From: ANME-2 cluster archaeon
GTDB lineage: Archaea; Halobacteriota; Methanosarcinia; Methanosarcinales; Methanocomedenaceae
DNA length: 64,000 bases
Assembly: GCA_019429385.1 (NCBI GenBank)
Contig: JAHYIS010000003.1
Span: forward strand, 34,825-98,824
Reading direction: 5' to 3'
A model generated the notes under the pieces. It did no database searches and was not told the DNA's origin. It was given only the letters and a program-made list of their open reading frames with translations. Every line of letters starts with the position of its first letter. Within the stretch, counting starts at the first letter, position 1. Positions 27,871 to 38,194 of the stretch are shown piece by piece. The translations under genes and the position numbers were made by a program.

Positions 27871-28701
27871 TCATGCATGGTCATGCACCCAGAACTCACC
27901 GTCTGTAGTCATTTCCTTTTTCCATATCGGTACCTCTGACTTCACGCGCTCGATGGCCTCGCTCAGGACCGGGAACAATTGTGTCCTGTGGGATGATGCG
28001 ACAACGATATAGACAATATCCTCGCCGGGCCTTATCTTCCCGGTCTTGTGATGGATAACGACATCCATGATACCGTCCTTTTCCTTTAATTCAGTAGATA
28101 TCTTCTCGATGCTCTCCCGTGCAAGGCTTTCATACTGTTCGAACTCAAGCGTTTCTGTCTGCACATCCCCGGTCATCTCACGCACGATACCGGTGAACGT
28201 ACCGATGGCACCAGCCTTTTGTATAGCTGGATTGCTGCGCACTTTCCTGACCAGGAGCTCCAGCGTGACCCAGTCCGGTTGGGAGCGGATGACCTCGACC
28301 AATCCGGCAATATCCACATCAGCATGTTCAGGTAGGTTCGCCACCACGTTCGAGACCCCGGATGGATAATCAAGGTCGCCCAATACGATCTTTGGAAGGG
28401 AACTTTCTTTATCACCTTCAATGATGGCAAAATCCATGCCGCTATTGGCAAGGGCATTCAGTGCTTTTTCAAGAGTTGGCTCCCGTGCCACAGTGACAAG
28501 TTCGGACGCGGTGATACCAACAACCACTTCTGCACCTGCATCGAACTGTTTTCCTGTGTCTGTATTTTCCGGATTGAAGCGGTGATGCATCATGTGTTTC
28601 ACCGTTCCGACGCGACCGAATGCACCAAGCGCTTCAACAAGACTGCAGACAAGTGTGGTCTTGCCAGATTTCTTATGCCCTACCACAGAAATTACTTTCA
28701 T
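27871..28701 (-). CDS. MobB-like P-loop domain fused to molybdopterin synthase catalytic subunit MoaE
   Basis: ORF 27871..28836. Likely start MKVISVVGHKKSGKTTL at 28701. The C-terminal half, GAIGTFTGIVRE...VVASSHR...PIWKKE, is MoaE-like. Confidence 0.8.
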   Translation of the reverse strand: MKVISVVGHKKSGKTTLVCSLVEALGAFGRVGTVKHMMHHRFNPENTDTGKQFDAGAEVVVGITASELVTVAREPTLEKALNALANSGMDFAIIEGDKESSLPKIVLGDLDYPSGVSNVVANLPEHADVDIAGLVEVIRSQPDWVTLELLVRKVRSNPAIQKAGAIGTFTGIVREMTGDVQTETLEFEQYESLARESIEKISTELKEKDGIMDVVIHHKTGKIRPGEDIVYIVVASSHRTQLFPVLSEAIERVKSEVPIWKKEMTTDGEFWVHDHA

Positions 28702-28801
28702 GATATTATCCTCCATTTTCAAGATATATAAGGGGGCTGCGCGATACCGTGAACGGAACAGAATACCCATCGTGCAAAACACCCGGACGTTACCGCATTC
28801 T

Positions 28802-29890
28802 CTATCCGGCATCCCCCTTGAAGATGTGTATCTCACGTTTCTTCAATGATGCATTCACCCGTTTCCCAACACCCATCCCCATCCGCTTATAGCTGTGGAC
28901 AGGCAGTTCTATCTCAAGCATCATTCCTGTATCAGATACCAGCCTTACCTGGTAGGTAGGACCAGTATGCATCGACCGTATCACCTCACCAGATACCTGG
29001 TTCTCCTTTACTGCAACTCCAATTGGCCGGTCATCCCTTACTATCATTACCTGTTCCGGCCTTATACACCAGTATATCTTTTCGCCATCAGGAAAATGAT
29101 AATGGTCGGCCATGAAGGTAGAATCCCCGGCACGGATGAGAGTAAGGTTTGCACGCGCATCGGTTTCCTCTATCACACCCTCAAAGATGTTGTGGACTCC
29201 CACAAGGTTGGCCACTGAAAAACGTGAAGGATGACTGAACACGTCCTGCGGGGGACCGACCTGCTCCACTTTCCCCTCATTGAACACCACAAGCGTATCA
29301 GCCATGGTGAAAGCCTCAACAGGGTCGTGGGTGATGAATATCACCGGCACCTGGAACGTCTCCTGTATCGACATCAATTCATCCCTCAGGTGCAGCCGGG
29401 AAATGTTATCAAGTGCGGTCAGGGGTTCATCCAGCAAAAGCAAACGTGGTCGACGGATAAGTGCCCGTGCCAGTGCCACCCTCTGCTTCTGTCCTCCTGA
29501 TAATTGGGACGGTTTCTGCCCCTGCAATCCCTCAAGCTGTAACAGTTCCAGCATCTCATTCACCCGTTCTTTCCCTGCATCGTTCGGGAGACCGTAGCCA
29601 ATGTTCTTCTCTACGCTCAGGTGAGGGAAGAGGGAATAGTCCTGGGACATGTACCCGATATTGCGGGCCTGTGGTGTGAGGTCGACTCCCCGGGATGAGT
29701 CAAAGAACACCGTACCGTCGATACTGATGAACCCGTCATCCGGTCTCTGTAATCCTGCAATGGACCGCATGACCAGTGTCTTGCCCGCCCCTGACCTGCC
29801 AAAGAACACGACCATACCGCCAGGCGCATTGAATCCCACATCCAGGTCGAAGGAGTGGAATCGCTTGTGTATAGCTATCTCAATTCCCAT
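28802..29890 (-). CDS. modC: molybdate ABC transporter ATP-binding protein with a C-terminal TOBE/Mop-like domain
   Basis: GRSGAGKT, LSGGQKQRVALARAL, LLLDEP, and a ~130-aa C-terminal OB-like extension. Confidence 0.85.
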   Translation of the reverse strand: MGIEIAIHKRFHSFDLDVGFNAPGGMVVFFGRSGAGKTLVMRSIAGLQRPDDGFISIDGTVFFDSSRGVDLTPQARNIGYMSQDYSLFPHLSVEKNIGYGLPNDAGKERVNEMLELLQLEGLQGQKPSQLSGGQKQRVALARALIRRPRLLLLDEPLTALDNISRLHLRDELMSIQETFQVPVIFITHDPVEAFTMADTLVVFNEGKVEQVGPPQDVFSHPSRFSVANLVGVHNIFEGVIEETDARANLTLIRAGDSTFMADHYHFPDGEKIYWCIRPEQVMIVRDDRPIGVAVKENQVSGEVIRSMHTGPTYQVRLVSDTGMMLEIELPVHSYKRMGMGVGKRVNASLKKREIHIFKGDAG

Positions 29891-30551
29891 CCAGCCACCT
29901 CCCGGTCCTGAAGGTCAGGTATATGATCAAAAATGATACGAACGTGAGTATCCCGGCCAGCAGGTTAGCTGTTCCCATGTCACCGGATATCATGGCACCG
30001 TATATCGCGAGGGGCATGGTATCAGTACTTCCCGGGATGTTGCCCGCCACCATCAATGTGGCTCCGAACTCGCCCAGCGCCCTGGCAAAGCTCAATATGA
30101 TCCCGGCCATGAGACCCTTACGCGCAAGCGGCAGGGTGATACTGAACAGGGTATACGTCCTTGACCGCCCCAGCGTATAGGAGACCATCTCAAGGTCCGG
30201 GTCCACCGCTTCAATAGCTGCACGACCTATCTTTATCATGATCGGGATAGCCACGACGACGGCTGCGACGACCGCTGCACCCCAGGTGAACATGAGGGAA
30301 AAACCTGTCAGCTCATAAATGGGCCCCCCGATGACGCCCCGCCGTCCTAAGAGCACTATCAGGTAATAGCCCGTGACCGATGGCGGCAGTACGAGCGGTA
30401 ATGTGGTCAGGGCATCCACCAGGTCCTTTCCACGAAATTCGTATCGTGCCAGCAGGTATGCCGTTCCGGTACCAAGAACAGCTATTATACCCGTGGCCAG
30501 AAGTGCAACCTTCAGGGATAACAACATCGAGAACAGGATATCTGTTGCCAT
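29880..30551 (-). CDS. modB: molybdate ABC transporter permease
   Basis: ORF 29880..30635. Likely start MATDILF at 30551. EAA-type loop ARALGEFGATLMVAGNIPG. Confidence 0.85.
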   Translation of the reverse strand: MATDILFSMLLSLKVALLATGIIAVLGTGTAYLLARYEFRGKDLVDALTTLPLVLPPSVTGYYLIVLLGRRGVIGGPIYELTGFSLMFTWGAAVVAAVVVAIPIMIKIGRAAIEAVDPDLEMVSYTLGRSRTYTLFSITLPLARKGLMAGIILSFARALGEFGATLMVAGNIPGSTDTMPLAIYGAMISGDMGTANLLAGILTFVSFLIIYLTFRTGRWLDGN

Positions 30552-30552
30552 T

Positions 30553-31353
30553 TCACACCTCAGTGGTTGGAATGAAACCAGACTGTTCCAGGAAGTATTC
30601 ATCGGAGGCAACCATTTCCACAAACCTGCCGGCAATCTCCGGATTATCTGACGAAGCGGTCACTGCGATCGTATAGACGATAGGTGAATGAAAGGAATCA
30701 GGGATGCTCTGGGACACCCGTACCTGGCCGGTGATATCGGTCAGGTACACGAACCCGGCATCAACTTCATCCCTGGCAACGTAGTTCAAGACCTGCTTGA
30801 CATTTGACCCGTACACCAGGTTGTCTTTCACATCCTCCCAGGTGCCGGAATTCTCAAGTGATTCCTTCGGGAACTTCCCTGCAGGGACATGAGACGGGTC
30901 TCCAATAGCGATACGGTCAAAAGTATCCAGGTTCTCCAGGGTCGCGTCTGTCTCACCCCCTTTCGGTACAATGATAACCAGGCTGTTGGCTGCAAAAACC
31001 CTTCTGGACCCGTTCATGATAAGACCCTGTTCCTGAAGACCATCCATATAATCCTCAAGGGCCGATACATACACATCCACGGGTGCACCCTGCTTGATCT
31101 GGGTGCACAGCACACCGCTGCTGGCATAGTTCATGGTTACCCGTACACCCGGTTCTGCCTGCTCGAATTCCGGGCCCAGTCCGTCAAAAACCTGCTGCAG
31201 GCTGGAAGCCGCTGACACGGTGATGACCATATCATTTTGTTCGGTACATCCCGATATGGAAACGCTGATAATACCGATTACACCAATCAAGAGTACGAGA
31301 ACTGGCCATACCAGAGCACTCTTCTTCCTGGGAACAGAAGTCCGTACAACCAT
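30553..31353 (-). CDS. modA: molybdate-binding periplasmic protein
   Basis: Signal/TM plus lipobox-like SGC. Motifs: VSAASSL, NYASSGVL..QIKQGAPVDVYVSA. Confidence 0.8.
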   Translation of the reverse strand: MVVRTSVPRKKSALVWPVLVLLIGVIGIISVSISGCTEQNDMVITVSAASSLQQVFDGLGPEFEQAEPGVRVTMNYASSGVLCTQIKQGAPVDVYVSALEDYMDGLQEQGLIMNGSRRVFAANSLVIIVPKGGETDATLENLDTFDRIAIGDPSHVPAGKFPKESLENSGTWEDVKDNLVYGSNVKQVLNYVARDEVDAGFVYLTDITGQVRVSQSIPDSFHSPIVYTIAVTASSDNPEIAGRFVEMVASDEYFLEQSGFIPTTEV

Positions 31354-31356
31354 AGT

Positions 31357-31866
31357 TCACGTTTCGCTCCTGTTAATGAGGTATTCAATGGCATGAACGA
31401 TATCCTCTACCTGTCGTGCATCTGAAGGGTCCTTGATGGTAGCAATTACCTCTTTCCCCTTCCCGAAAATGTCAATATCTGCCTCATCTCTGGCAATAAT
31501 GACCCTGGGCCACTCCGAACGATTGAATCCGTCTGCGAGTATCACATCCCTGTCATCCAGGTGTCTGGCGATCTCATCCAGGGTAAGTTCCTGATCAACC
31601 CTCTTCACCAGAGCGAACATGGTGGGGGATGATATGCATACAGTCCTGGCGCCTGCCTGTGCATGGCGCCAGGTATCCTTACCTTCATGGTCTACCTCAA
31701 AATCGTCATGGCTATGATGTTTGATAGTACCCACGCTGTACTTCTTTTCAGTGAGGCTGTGAATGAGTTTCTCTACAAGCGTGGTCTTGCCACTGCCGGA
31801 TGGACCGACGATGCAAATACGTGGTTGAAGGTTCGATGACATATTATTCATCCTCGATCTTGCCAA
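31357..31866 (-). CDS. mobB: molybdopterin-guanine dinucleotide biosynthesis adapter MobB
   Basis: IVGPSGSGKTTLVEKL...GTIKHHSHD...DTWRH. Confidence 0.8.
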   Translation of the reverse strand: MARSRMNNMSSNLQPRICIVGPSGSGKTTLVEKLIHSLTEKKYSVGTIKHHSHDDFEVDHEGKDTWRHAQAGARTVCISSPTMFALVKRVDQELTLDEIARHLDDRDVILADGFNRSEWPRVIIARDEADIDIFGKGKEVIATIKDPSDARQVEDIVHAIEYLINRSET

Positions 31867-32446
31867 TATCTTCCATTGTGTTGATGTTCATGAATGTCCT
31901 GAGGTCAGGGTCGATGTCCTGTATCTCTTCCATAGCCACGAATACCACATCCTTGAGCTTGAAAATGGGGGCCAGCGCTATCTTATCATTGCGAAGAATG
32001 GCTTTTTCTGTTTCCACTGCCATCGGGCTGGCACGGTAAACGGCGTGCAGCGGTTCCAGGACCTCGTTCTCCCAGACCGGTATGGCAGCATCATGCCCCT
32101 GTGCGCGGTCAAAGAGCAATTGCACGACACGGGTATCCAGGTATGGCATATCGCATGCGGATATGAACACGTATTCCCCTCCTGCCGCTTTCATTCCTTC
32201 CAAAATACCGGCCAGGGGTCCAACATCATGATAGTTATCGAGAACAACATCCAAATCCTGTGTGTATCCTCTCAGCGTTTCCTGTTGTATTTGGTCCCTT
32301 ACCGATACTATGACCTCGTCCACAACAGTCTCAAGTACTTCTATGGTCTTTTCAAGTATGGTCCTGTTCCCTACGGGTAACAGGGCTTTTTCCCTGAATC
32401 CCATTCTCCTGCCGCGACCGCCGGCCAGTATCAATGCAGACCTCAT
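31844..32446 (-). CDS. mobA: molybdenum cofactor guanylyltransferase
   Basis: LILAGGRGRRMG..K.LLPV, ISACDMP, ~200 aa. Confidence 0.85.
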   Translation of the reverse strand: MRSALILAGGRGRRMGFREKALLPVGNRTILEKTIEVLETVVDEVIVSVRDQIQQETLRGYTQDLDVVLDNYHDVGPLAGILEGMKAAGGEYVFISACDMPYLDTRVVQLLFDRAQGHDAAIPVWENEVLEPLHAVYRASPMAVETEKAILRNDKIALAPIFKLKDVVFVAMEEIQDIDPDLRTFMNINTMEDIGKIEDE

Positions 32447-32451
32447 AGTCC

Positions 32452-33027
32452 CTATATAGCCCTGCAGTATCCCTGACCTGAGCAGACCTTACAGACGACC
32501 TTATCGTCGATCATACCGGTCAGGCCGGAAGGTACCAGGTCTTTGCATTCAAAGCATTCAACGATACGGGTGCTCTCGAAATTCTGTCCCATATCAACAA
32601 GCACTTCCTGGATATCCAGGTACTTCTCATCCATCACCAGCAATTCTGCGCCCAGTTCATCCTCCTGTTCATGGCTCAGTCTGCCCAGGCGCATCATCCA
32701 TGTTTTCATCAAAGGGGACAGGTCCTGAGCATCTTGCTTCAATGCCACCCTGATCCCATTATTGGTTTCAGTATTGGAAATGGTCAGGGCCAGTTTACCA
32801 TAATCCTCGACAAATGCATTCCCGTGACCCACAGTACAACCAGTAGCCGCCTGCATGGCATCTGCCAGGCAACGGGCGGTCTCTGAAATGCCCATTATCC
32901 TTTTATGACCGCGCTCCACTGCCAGTCGTTCCAATGCAATCTCACTCATACGCAATCCTAGGGCAAGCCCGGGTGCAAGATGACCGTGAAGGTTTACAGC
33001 CAGTTCTATTATCTCTTTATCATTCAT
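32452..33027 (-). CDS. FmdE-family protein with a C-terminal zinc ribbon
   Basis: HGHLAPGLALGLRM is the FmdE signature. C-terminal CFECKDL...CKVCSG. Confidence 0.75.
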   Translation of the reverse strand: MNDKEIIELAVNLHGHLAPGLALGLRMSEIALERLAVERGHKRIMGISETARCLADAMQAATGCTVGHGNAFVEDYGKLALTISNTETNNGIRVALKQDAQDLSPLMKTWMMRLGRLSHEQEDELGAELLVMDEKYLDIQEVLVDMGQNFESTRIVECFECKDLVPSGLTGMIDDKVVCKVCSGQGYCRAI

Positions 33028-33036
33028 TGTATCACC

Positions 33037-34233
33037 TTAATTGAACAGATGTACCGTAACCGTCTCTCCTTTTGTGATATCTTTGTCTGTGATAACGTAC
33101 CCATCCACTACTGAGGACCGGGGCGAGGCAGATATTAATGAAACGCCGTATGGGTCTCCTGCCGAAAAGAGGGAAAGGTCTGACCCATCATATTTCATGG
33201 TCTCCAGACCGGATGACCCCTGTTTAACGAACAATATATAGCTGTTACCGTCCTGCGGGAGTGAGATGTTACTGTTCATTATTACACTGGTGGATGGTCT
33301 GGGTATGTTCGTGAAATAGTGTCGTACTACCAGTTCCAGGGCCGCAAAGGCCCCAGTGGGTTTTCCCGGGAGGCCAAATACCGGAGTATCATTCACCACC
33401 CCCACAGCCAGGGGTTTTCCGGGTCGTATCCTGACCTTGTGGAAGACCATTTCACCCAGTTCCTTTATGGCAGTATGCACATGGTCCCGCTCGCCTACTG
33501 ATACACCACCTGTTGTCAGGACCACATCGTAATCGCCTGTTGCGGCTTCGATCATATCGAGTGTCATATCATAATCATCAGGAACGGTACCTACCAGTTC
33601 GGCATCACATCCCCATTCCTGCATGAACCCTGCAACCATCAAAGCATTCGTATTCTTTATCATGCCATTGAATATCTCGGTCCCTGTGGAAATTATGCCC
33701 ACGTTCATTTTCTTGAGTACCGCAACTTCATCCACATCCAGGCCGTACAGCAGGGCCATGCTTTGGGGAGATATCCTCTGGTATTTGTCAAGTATCACAT
33801 CCCCTTCCCGGTAATCGGTACCTGCCCGTAACACATGGGTCCATGGAGGAACAACGGGACCTGTCAGTATATCTCCGGAGACCTGTGTATCCTCAAATTT
33901 TACTACGGCATTGGCTCCGTCCGGAAGAAAAGCACCCGTGGCTACGGCCGCTGCCATTCCAGGTCCAATGTGTACACCTTTTTCATCTCCCGCATATACC
34001 CGCTCGTTGACCTGCAGGGGATACCCGTGGTCGGTATGAACGGCATAACCGTCCATGGTTGCAATATCATATTCCGGAGATATCCTTGTAGCCACTACTG
34101 ATTCGGCAAGTTCCCGACCCAATGCTTCATTCAGGGTGACCGGTTCATGTTCCCTGTAATAATAATACCTGGATTTCAGGTCGGTCACGGCATTTACTGC
34201 TTTTTTGACAGATATCATTTCCATGAAATTCAC
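33037..34233 (-). CDS. moeA: molybdopterin molybdenumtransferase
   Basis: ~398 aa. Motifs: MDGYAV, STGTEI, TTGGVSVGERD, PGKP. Confidence 0.9.
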   Translation of the reverse strand: MNFMEMISVKKAVNAVTDLKSRYYYYREHEPVTLNEALGRELAESVVATRISPEYDIATMDGYAVHTDHGYPLQVNERVYAGDEKGVHIGPGMAAAVATGAFLPDGANAVVKFEDTQVSGDILTGPVVPPWTHVLRAGTDYREGDVILDKYQRISPQSMALLYGLDVDEVAVLKKMNVGIISTGTEIFNGMIKNTNALMVAGFMQEWGCDAELVGTVPDDYDMTLDMIEAATGDYDVVLTTGGVSVGERDHVHTAIKELGEMVFHKVRIRPGKPLAVGVVNDTPVFGLPGKPTGAFAALELVVRHYFTNIPRPSTSVIMNSNISLPQDGNSYILFVKQGSSGLETMKYDGSDLSLFSAGDPYGVSLISASPRSSVVDGYVITDKDITKGETVTVHLFN

Positions 34234-34319
34234 CCGATTAACAAAAATGATTGTTTTTGTGTGTAATATTAATAATTTTGCTTAACATATAAATATTATG
34301 GGGTGAAATTATTGACTGT

Positions 34320-34727
34320 ATGGTTAATACGACCAACCTTACCGACAGGCAGATAGAGGTGCTCAAAATGAGGGCAGGTGGGATAACCCAGAGCCAGGTC
34401 GCCCTACAACTGGGTACCACCAAAGCGAATATCAGTATTATTGAAGCCCAGGCCAGGAATAATATAACCCGCGCAAAGAACACGGTGGAACTTGTCAAGA
34501 TCATCAATGCCCCCATCTGGATAAAAGTGGTGCCAGGGACAGATATCTACGAGATCCCTGGCATGATATTCAATGAGGCAGATATACATAATATCTGGAT
34601 CCCAAAGGGAGGTCCATCCCTGCTTTCACTTATTGAAGAAAAAGCCCAGAACAAACTTCGGGAACGCAGGGTATTGCATGCTATTGAAATTGGCATAACC
34701 AACGAAGGTGACATTCTGGTACAATGA
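34320..34727 (+). CDS. tfx: DNA-binding transcriptional regulator Tfx
   Basis: LTDRQIEVLKMRAGGITQSQVALQLGTTKANISIIEAQARNNITRAKNT matches the LuxR-like HTH of Tfx. ~135 aa. Confidence 0.8.
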   Translation: MVNTTNLTDRQIEVLKMRAGGITQSQVALQLGTTKANISIIEAQARNNITRAKNTVELVKIINAPIWIKVVPGTDIYEIPGMIFNEADIHNIWIPKGGPSLLSLIEEKAQNKLRERRVLHAIEIGITNEGDILVQ

Positions 34728-34918
34728 TGTTCCATGAATGGTCCATTTCCCACACGAGGGGTTAATCCGATATACTCAGGTTGATTTATCGGAGTCTGTC
34801 TAAAAAAATCACTTTCGATTTATTTAATTACTACTTTAAAAATAGTCTATGCAGCCATAGATTTTTCAATGCAAAGAAAAATTAGACAATCAATTACGAA
34901 AAAACCTGAGGATATAGT

Positions 34919-37468
34919 ATGAACATTTCGAGACGGTCATTTTTAAAAGTAGTTGGCGCTTCAACTGCCGGTGTCGCTGCAGGAATTACAACACACCCAA
35001 TGTTGACAACTCTTGCTGAAACTGATACCACAAATTCTACGAACCTCCTTTCAGGAGGAGGATGGAAAGCCACTACCTGTCAGGGCTGTACGTCATGGTG
35101 TGCCAAACAGGTATATGTGGAGAACGGACGGGCCATCAAGGTCAGGGGGAATCCCAACTCTAAAGTGAACGGTGCCGCCAGCTGTCCAAGGGCACATCTT
35201 GGATTGCAGCAGGTCTATGATCCCGACAGGACAAAGACCCCTATGAAACGTACCAATCCAGTGAAAGGCAGGAATGAAGACCCAAAGTTCATACCCATAT
35301 CCTGGGATGAAGCACTGGATACCATAGCTGATAAATTAATAGAACTCAGGCAGAACAATGAATCCCACAAGTACCTGCTCCTGAGAGGACGTTACTCTTT
35401 TATGGCTGATATCCTTTACAGCCGGACGACCAAAATAATCGGGTCTCCCAATAACATATCCCACAGTTCTATTTGTGCCGAAGCTGAGAAGTTCGGCCCC
35501 TATTATACAGAAGGTGAATGGGATTACCGGCAATATGATGTGGAAAACACCCGTTACATACTCCTGTGGGGAGCTGACCCGATAGCTACCAACAGGCAGG
35601 TTTCCTATTATCTGAGCGTATGGGGAGAGATCCTTGACAGAGCTCAGGTGGCCGTTGTAGACCCGCGGTTATCAGCGACTGCCACAAAAGCTGATGAATG
35701 GGTGCCCGTCAAACCTGGGCAGGACGGAGCACTGGCAGTTGCTATAGCACACGTGATACTGACCGAAGGATTATGGAGCCGTGAATTCGTTGGTGATTTC
35801 ACCGATGGCACCAACAGGTTCGCAGCTGGCCAGGAGGTCAATGAGGAAGACTTTGAGGAAGTACACACCTACGGGATAGTAACATGGTGGAACAGGGAAC
35901 TCAAGGACAGGACACCTGCATGGGCATCTGAAAAGACCGGGCTCCCTGAAGACCAGATACGACGGGTAGCACTGGACTTTGGAAGAGCTGCCCCCTTTGC
36001 CATTTCATGGGTCGGCGGAGGTCCGGTAATGCAGACCAGAGGTGCTTATGCAAGTATGGCCTGCCATGCTTTGAACGCTCTTGTCGGTTCGGTGGACAAC
36101 CATGGCGGGACCATGAAAGCAAATAAAGCATATTATACCTCATTCCCGAGCGAAAAGGAGTTCCTTGATGATATTGCCCATGAAGGGTCTGGTAACAAAA
36201 AAATAGACCACCGGGGAACAAAGCAATTCCCTGCCCTGAAAGATGGAAAGTCAGGTGGCGGTGTGATGACCAATTATGTCGCTGATGCCATTATCAATGA
36301 CGATCCCTATGACATCAAGGTAGTCATAGGATATATGAACAACTTCGTATTTTCCGCACCCCAGACAGAACGCTGGGTAAAGGCACTCTCCAAGATACCG
36401 TTCCTGGTGCACCTGACCACAAATGCATCCGAATTCTCATGGTTCGCAGATATCGTGCTGCCGGCATGTAACCATATGTTCGAGAAGTGGGGATATGTAC
36501 CGGTCCATTCGAACGGGTATACCCATGTCACTTTGCTCCAGCCAGTTATCGAACCGCTCTGGGATGTGAAGATCGATGAGACAGAGATTCCCTGGCTGAT
36601 CGCCGAGAAACTGGCAGAGAGGGGCTTTGACAACTTACTGAGGCATTTCAAGGAATACATAGACCCTGAGACCGGGAAAGCACCCACGAATGCAAAGGAA
36701 TTCGCATTATATGCCTTGAAATATGCCACCCAGGACCTCTGGGACCCCGACAAATACAAAGGGGGAGACAGATTCAACGGATGGGAAGATTTCAGGTCGA
36801 CCGGAGTGTGGAACTCAGACCCCTATTCATTCAAAAAGAGGTGGAGTGACATGAACACCAGCACAAAGAAGTTCGAGTTCTACAGTAAGACCCTTGAGAA
36901 AGCACTGACCGGACATGCTGAAAAACACAAGACCACCGTGGATGACATAATGGCTACCTGCAATTACCAGGCGAGAGGGGATATGGCATATATCCCCCAT
37001 TATGAAGAACCATACATGATGGGAAGCGAAACTGAATTCCCGTTCGTCCTGGTGGACCACAAATCCAGGCTTAACCGGGAAGGAAGGTCTGCCAATTGTG
37101 AATGGTACCACGAGATAAAGGATGTGGACCCCGGTGATACCTCAAATGAGGATGTGGCCAAGATAAATCCGCTGGATGCACAAAAACTCGGCATTGGTAC
37201 CGGCGATAAAATCCGGCTTGTATCTCCCACAGGCCAGCTGGAATGTACAGCAAAACTATGGGAGGGGACCAGACCCGGGACGGTCGCCAAATCCTATGGC
37301 CAGGGGCACTGGGCATACGGGAAAGTGGCATCCAGGGAGTTTGGTAAAAAACCTCTTGGTGGAAACAATAATGATATAATCCCGGCCGAATACGATCGTT
37401 TGAGTGGTTCCTCTGCATTTTATGCAAATGCCAGGGTTAAGGTAGAGAAGGTGCAGGAGGTGGATTAA
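34919..37468 (+). CDS. Tat-exported molybdopterin oxidoreductase catalytic subunit (PsrA/PhsA-like, Cys-ligand type)
   Basis: Twin-arginine signal SRRSFLKVVGAS. FS0 cluster motif CQGCTSWCAKQ...C. Candidate Mo-ligand Cys in SHSSICAEA. 849 aa. Confidence 0.9.
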   Translation: MNISRRSFLKVVGASTAGVAAGITTHPMLTTLAETDTTNSTNLLSGGGWKATTCQGCTSWCAKQVYVENGRAIKVRGNPNSKVNGAASCPRAHLGLQQVYDPDRTKTPMKRTNPVKGRNEDPKFIPISWDEALDTIADKLIELRQNNESHKYLLLRGRYSFMADILYSRTTKIIGSPNNISHSSICAEAEKFGPYYTEGEWDYRQYDVENTRYILLWGADPIATNRQVSYYLSVWGEILDRAQVAVVDPRLSATATKADEWVPVKPGQDGALAVAIAHVILTEGLWSREFVGDFTDGTNRFAAGQEVNEEDFEEVHTYGIVTWWNRELKDRTPAWASEKTGLPEDQIRRVALDFGRAAPFAISWVGGGPVMQTRGAYASMACHALNALVGSVDNHGGTMKANKAYYTSFPSEKEFLDDIAHEGSGNKKIDHRGTKQFPALKDGKSGGGVMTNYVADAIINDDPYDIKVVIGYMNNFVFSAPQTERWVKALSKIPFLVHLTTNASEFSWFADIVLPACNHMFEKWGYVPVHSNGYTHVTLLQPVIEPLWDVKIDETEIPWLIAEKLAERGFDNLLRHFKEYIDPETGKAPTNAKEFALYALKYATQDLWDPDKYKGGDRFNGWEDFRSTGVWNSDPYSFKKRWSDMNTSTKKFEFYSKTLEKALTGHAEKHKTTVDDIMATCNYQARGDMAYIPHYEEPYMMGSETEFPFVLVDHKSRLNREGRSANCEWYHEIKDVDPGDTSNEDVAKINPLDAQKLGIGTGDKIRLVSPTGQLECTAKLWEGTRPGTVAKSYGQGHWAYGKVASREFGKKPLGGNNNDIIPAEYDRLSGSSAFYANARVKVEKVQEVD

Positions 37469-38194
37469 ATGACAAGATATGCCATGGTAATAGATCTTCA
37501 ACGGTGTGCCGGTTGCGGTGCATGTATCATCACCTGCAAGAACGAGAACAACCTTCCAAAGGGTATCACATGGTCCAGCAGGATCACCAGGACATCAGGT
37601 ACGTTCCCGAACGTGAGATTTGATTATATCCCCACACTCTGCAATCATTGTGAGAAAGCACCCTGTGTGAAGACATGCCCCACAAAGGCAATGCACAAGA
37701 AAGAGGGAGATATCACCATGCATGATGCAAATAAATGTATCGGCTGCAAAGCATGCATGGCTGCATGTCCGTATGGTGTGATATACTTCAACTGGGAAGA
37801 ACCCCACAAACAATGGAAGAACACTACAGCAACAATAGAAGGATGTACATCTTCTCCTGCAGAGGTCGTTTCGAAATCCGGAGGGAATACGTTACCCTAC
37901 TATAATAAGGACCGAGCAGGTACCCTGCCCGGTATAAGGCCAAAGGGGATCGTGGAGAAATGTACCCTGTGCGACCACAGGATCGAGAAAGGGGAACTGC
38001 CCTATTGTGTGGAGGGATGTCCGGCCAATGCAAGGATAATCGGGGACCTGGACGATCCTAATAGTGAAGTGAGCCATCTTCTTGGTAAGTATGCTCCAAC
38101 ACGCCTGAGGGAGAACATAGGTACTGAACCAAAGGTGTTCTATATCAGGGATTTTAATCCGGCTGCATATTCAAAAACCAAAGGAGGTCTCTAA
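37469..38194 (+). CDS. 4Fe-4S ferredoxin-type electron-transfer subunit (PsrB-like)
   Basis: CAGCGACIITC, CNHCEKAPCVKTCP, CIGCKACMAACP, CTLCDHR...CVEGCP. The start abuts the catalytic-subunit stop. Confidence 0.9.
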   Translation: MTRYAMVIDLQRCAGCGACIITCKNENNLPKGITWSSRITRTSGTFPNVRFDYIPTLCNHCEKAPCVKTCPTKAMHKKEGDITMHDANKCIGCKACMAACPYGVIYFNWEEPHKQWKNTTATIEGCTSSPAEVVSKSGGNTLPYYNKDRAGTLPGIRPKGIVEKCTLCDHRIEKGELPYCVEGCPANARIIGDLDDPNSEVSHLLGKYAPTRLRENIGTEPKVFYIRDFNPAAYSKTKGGL

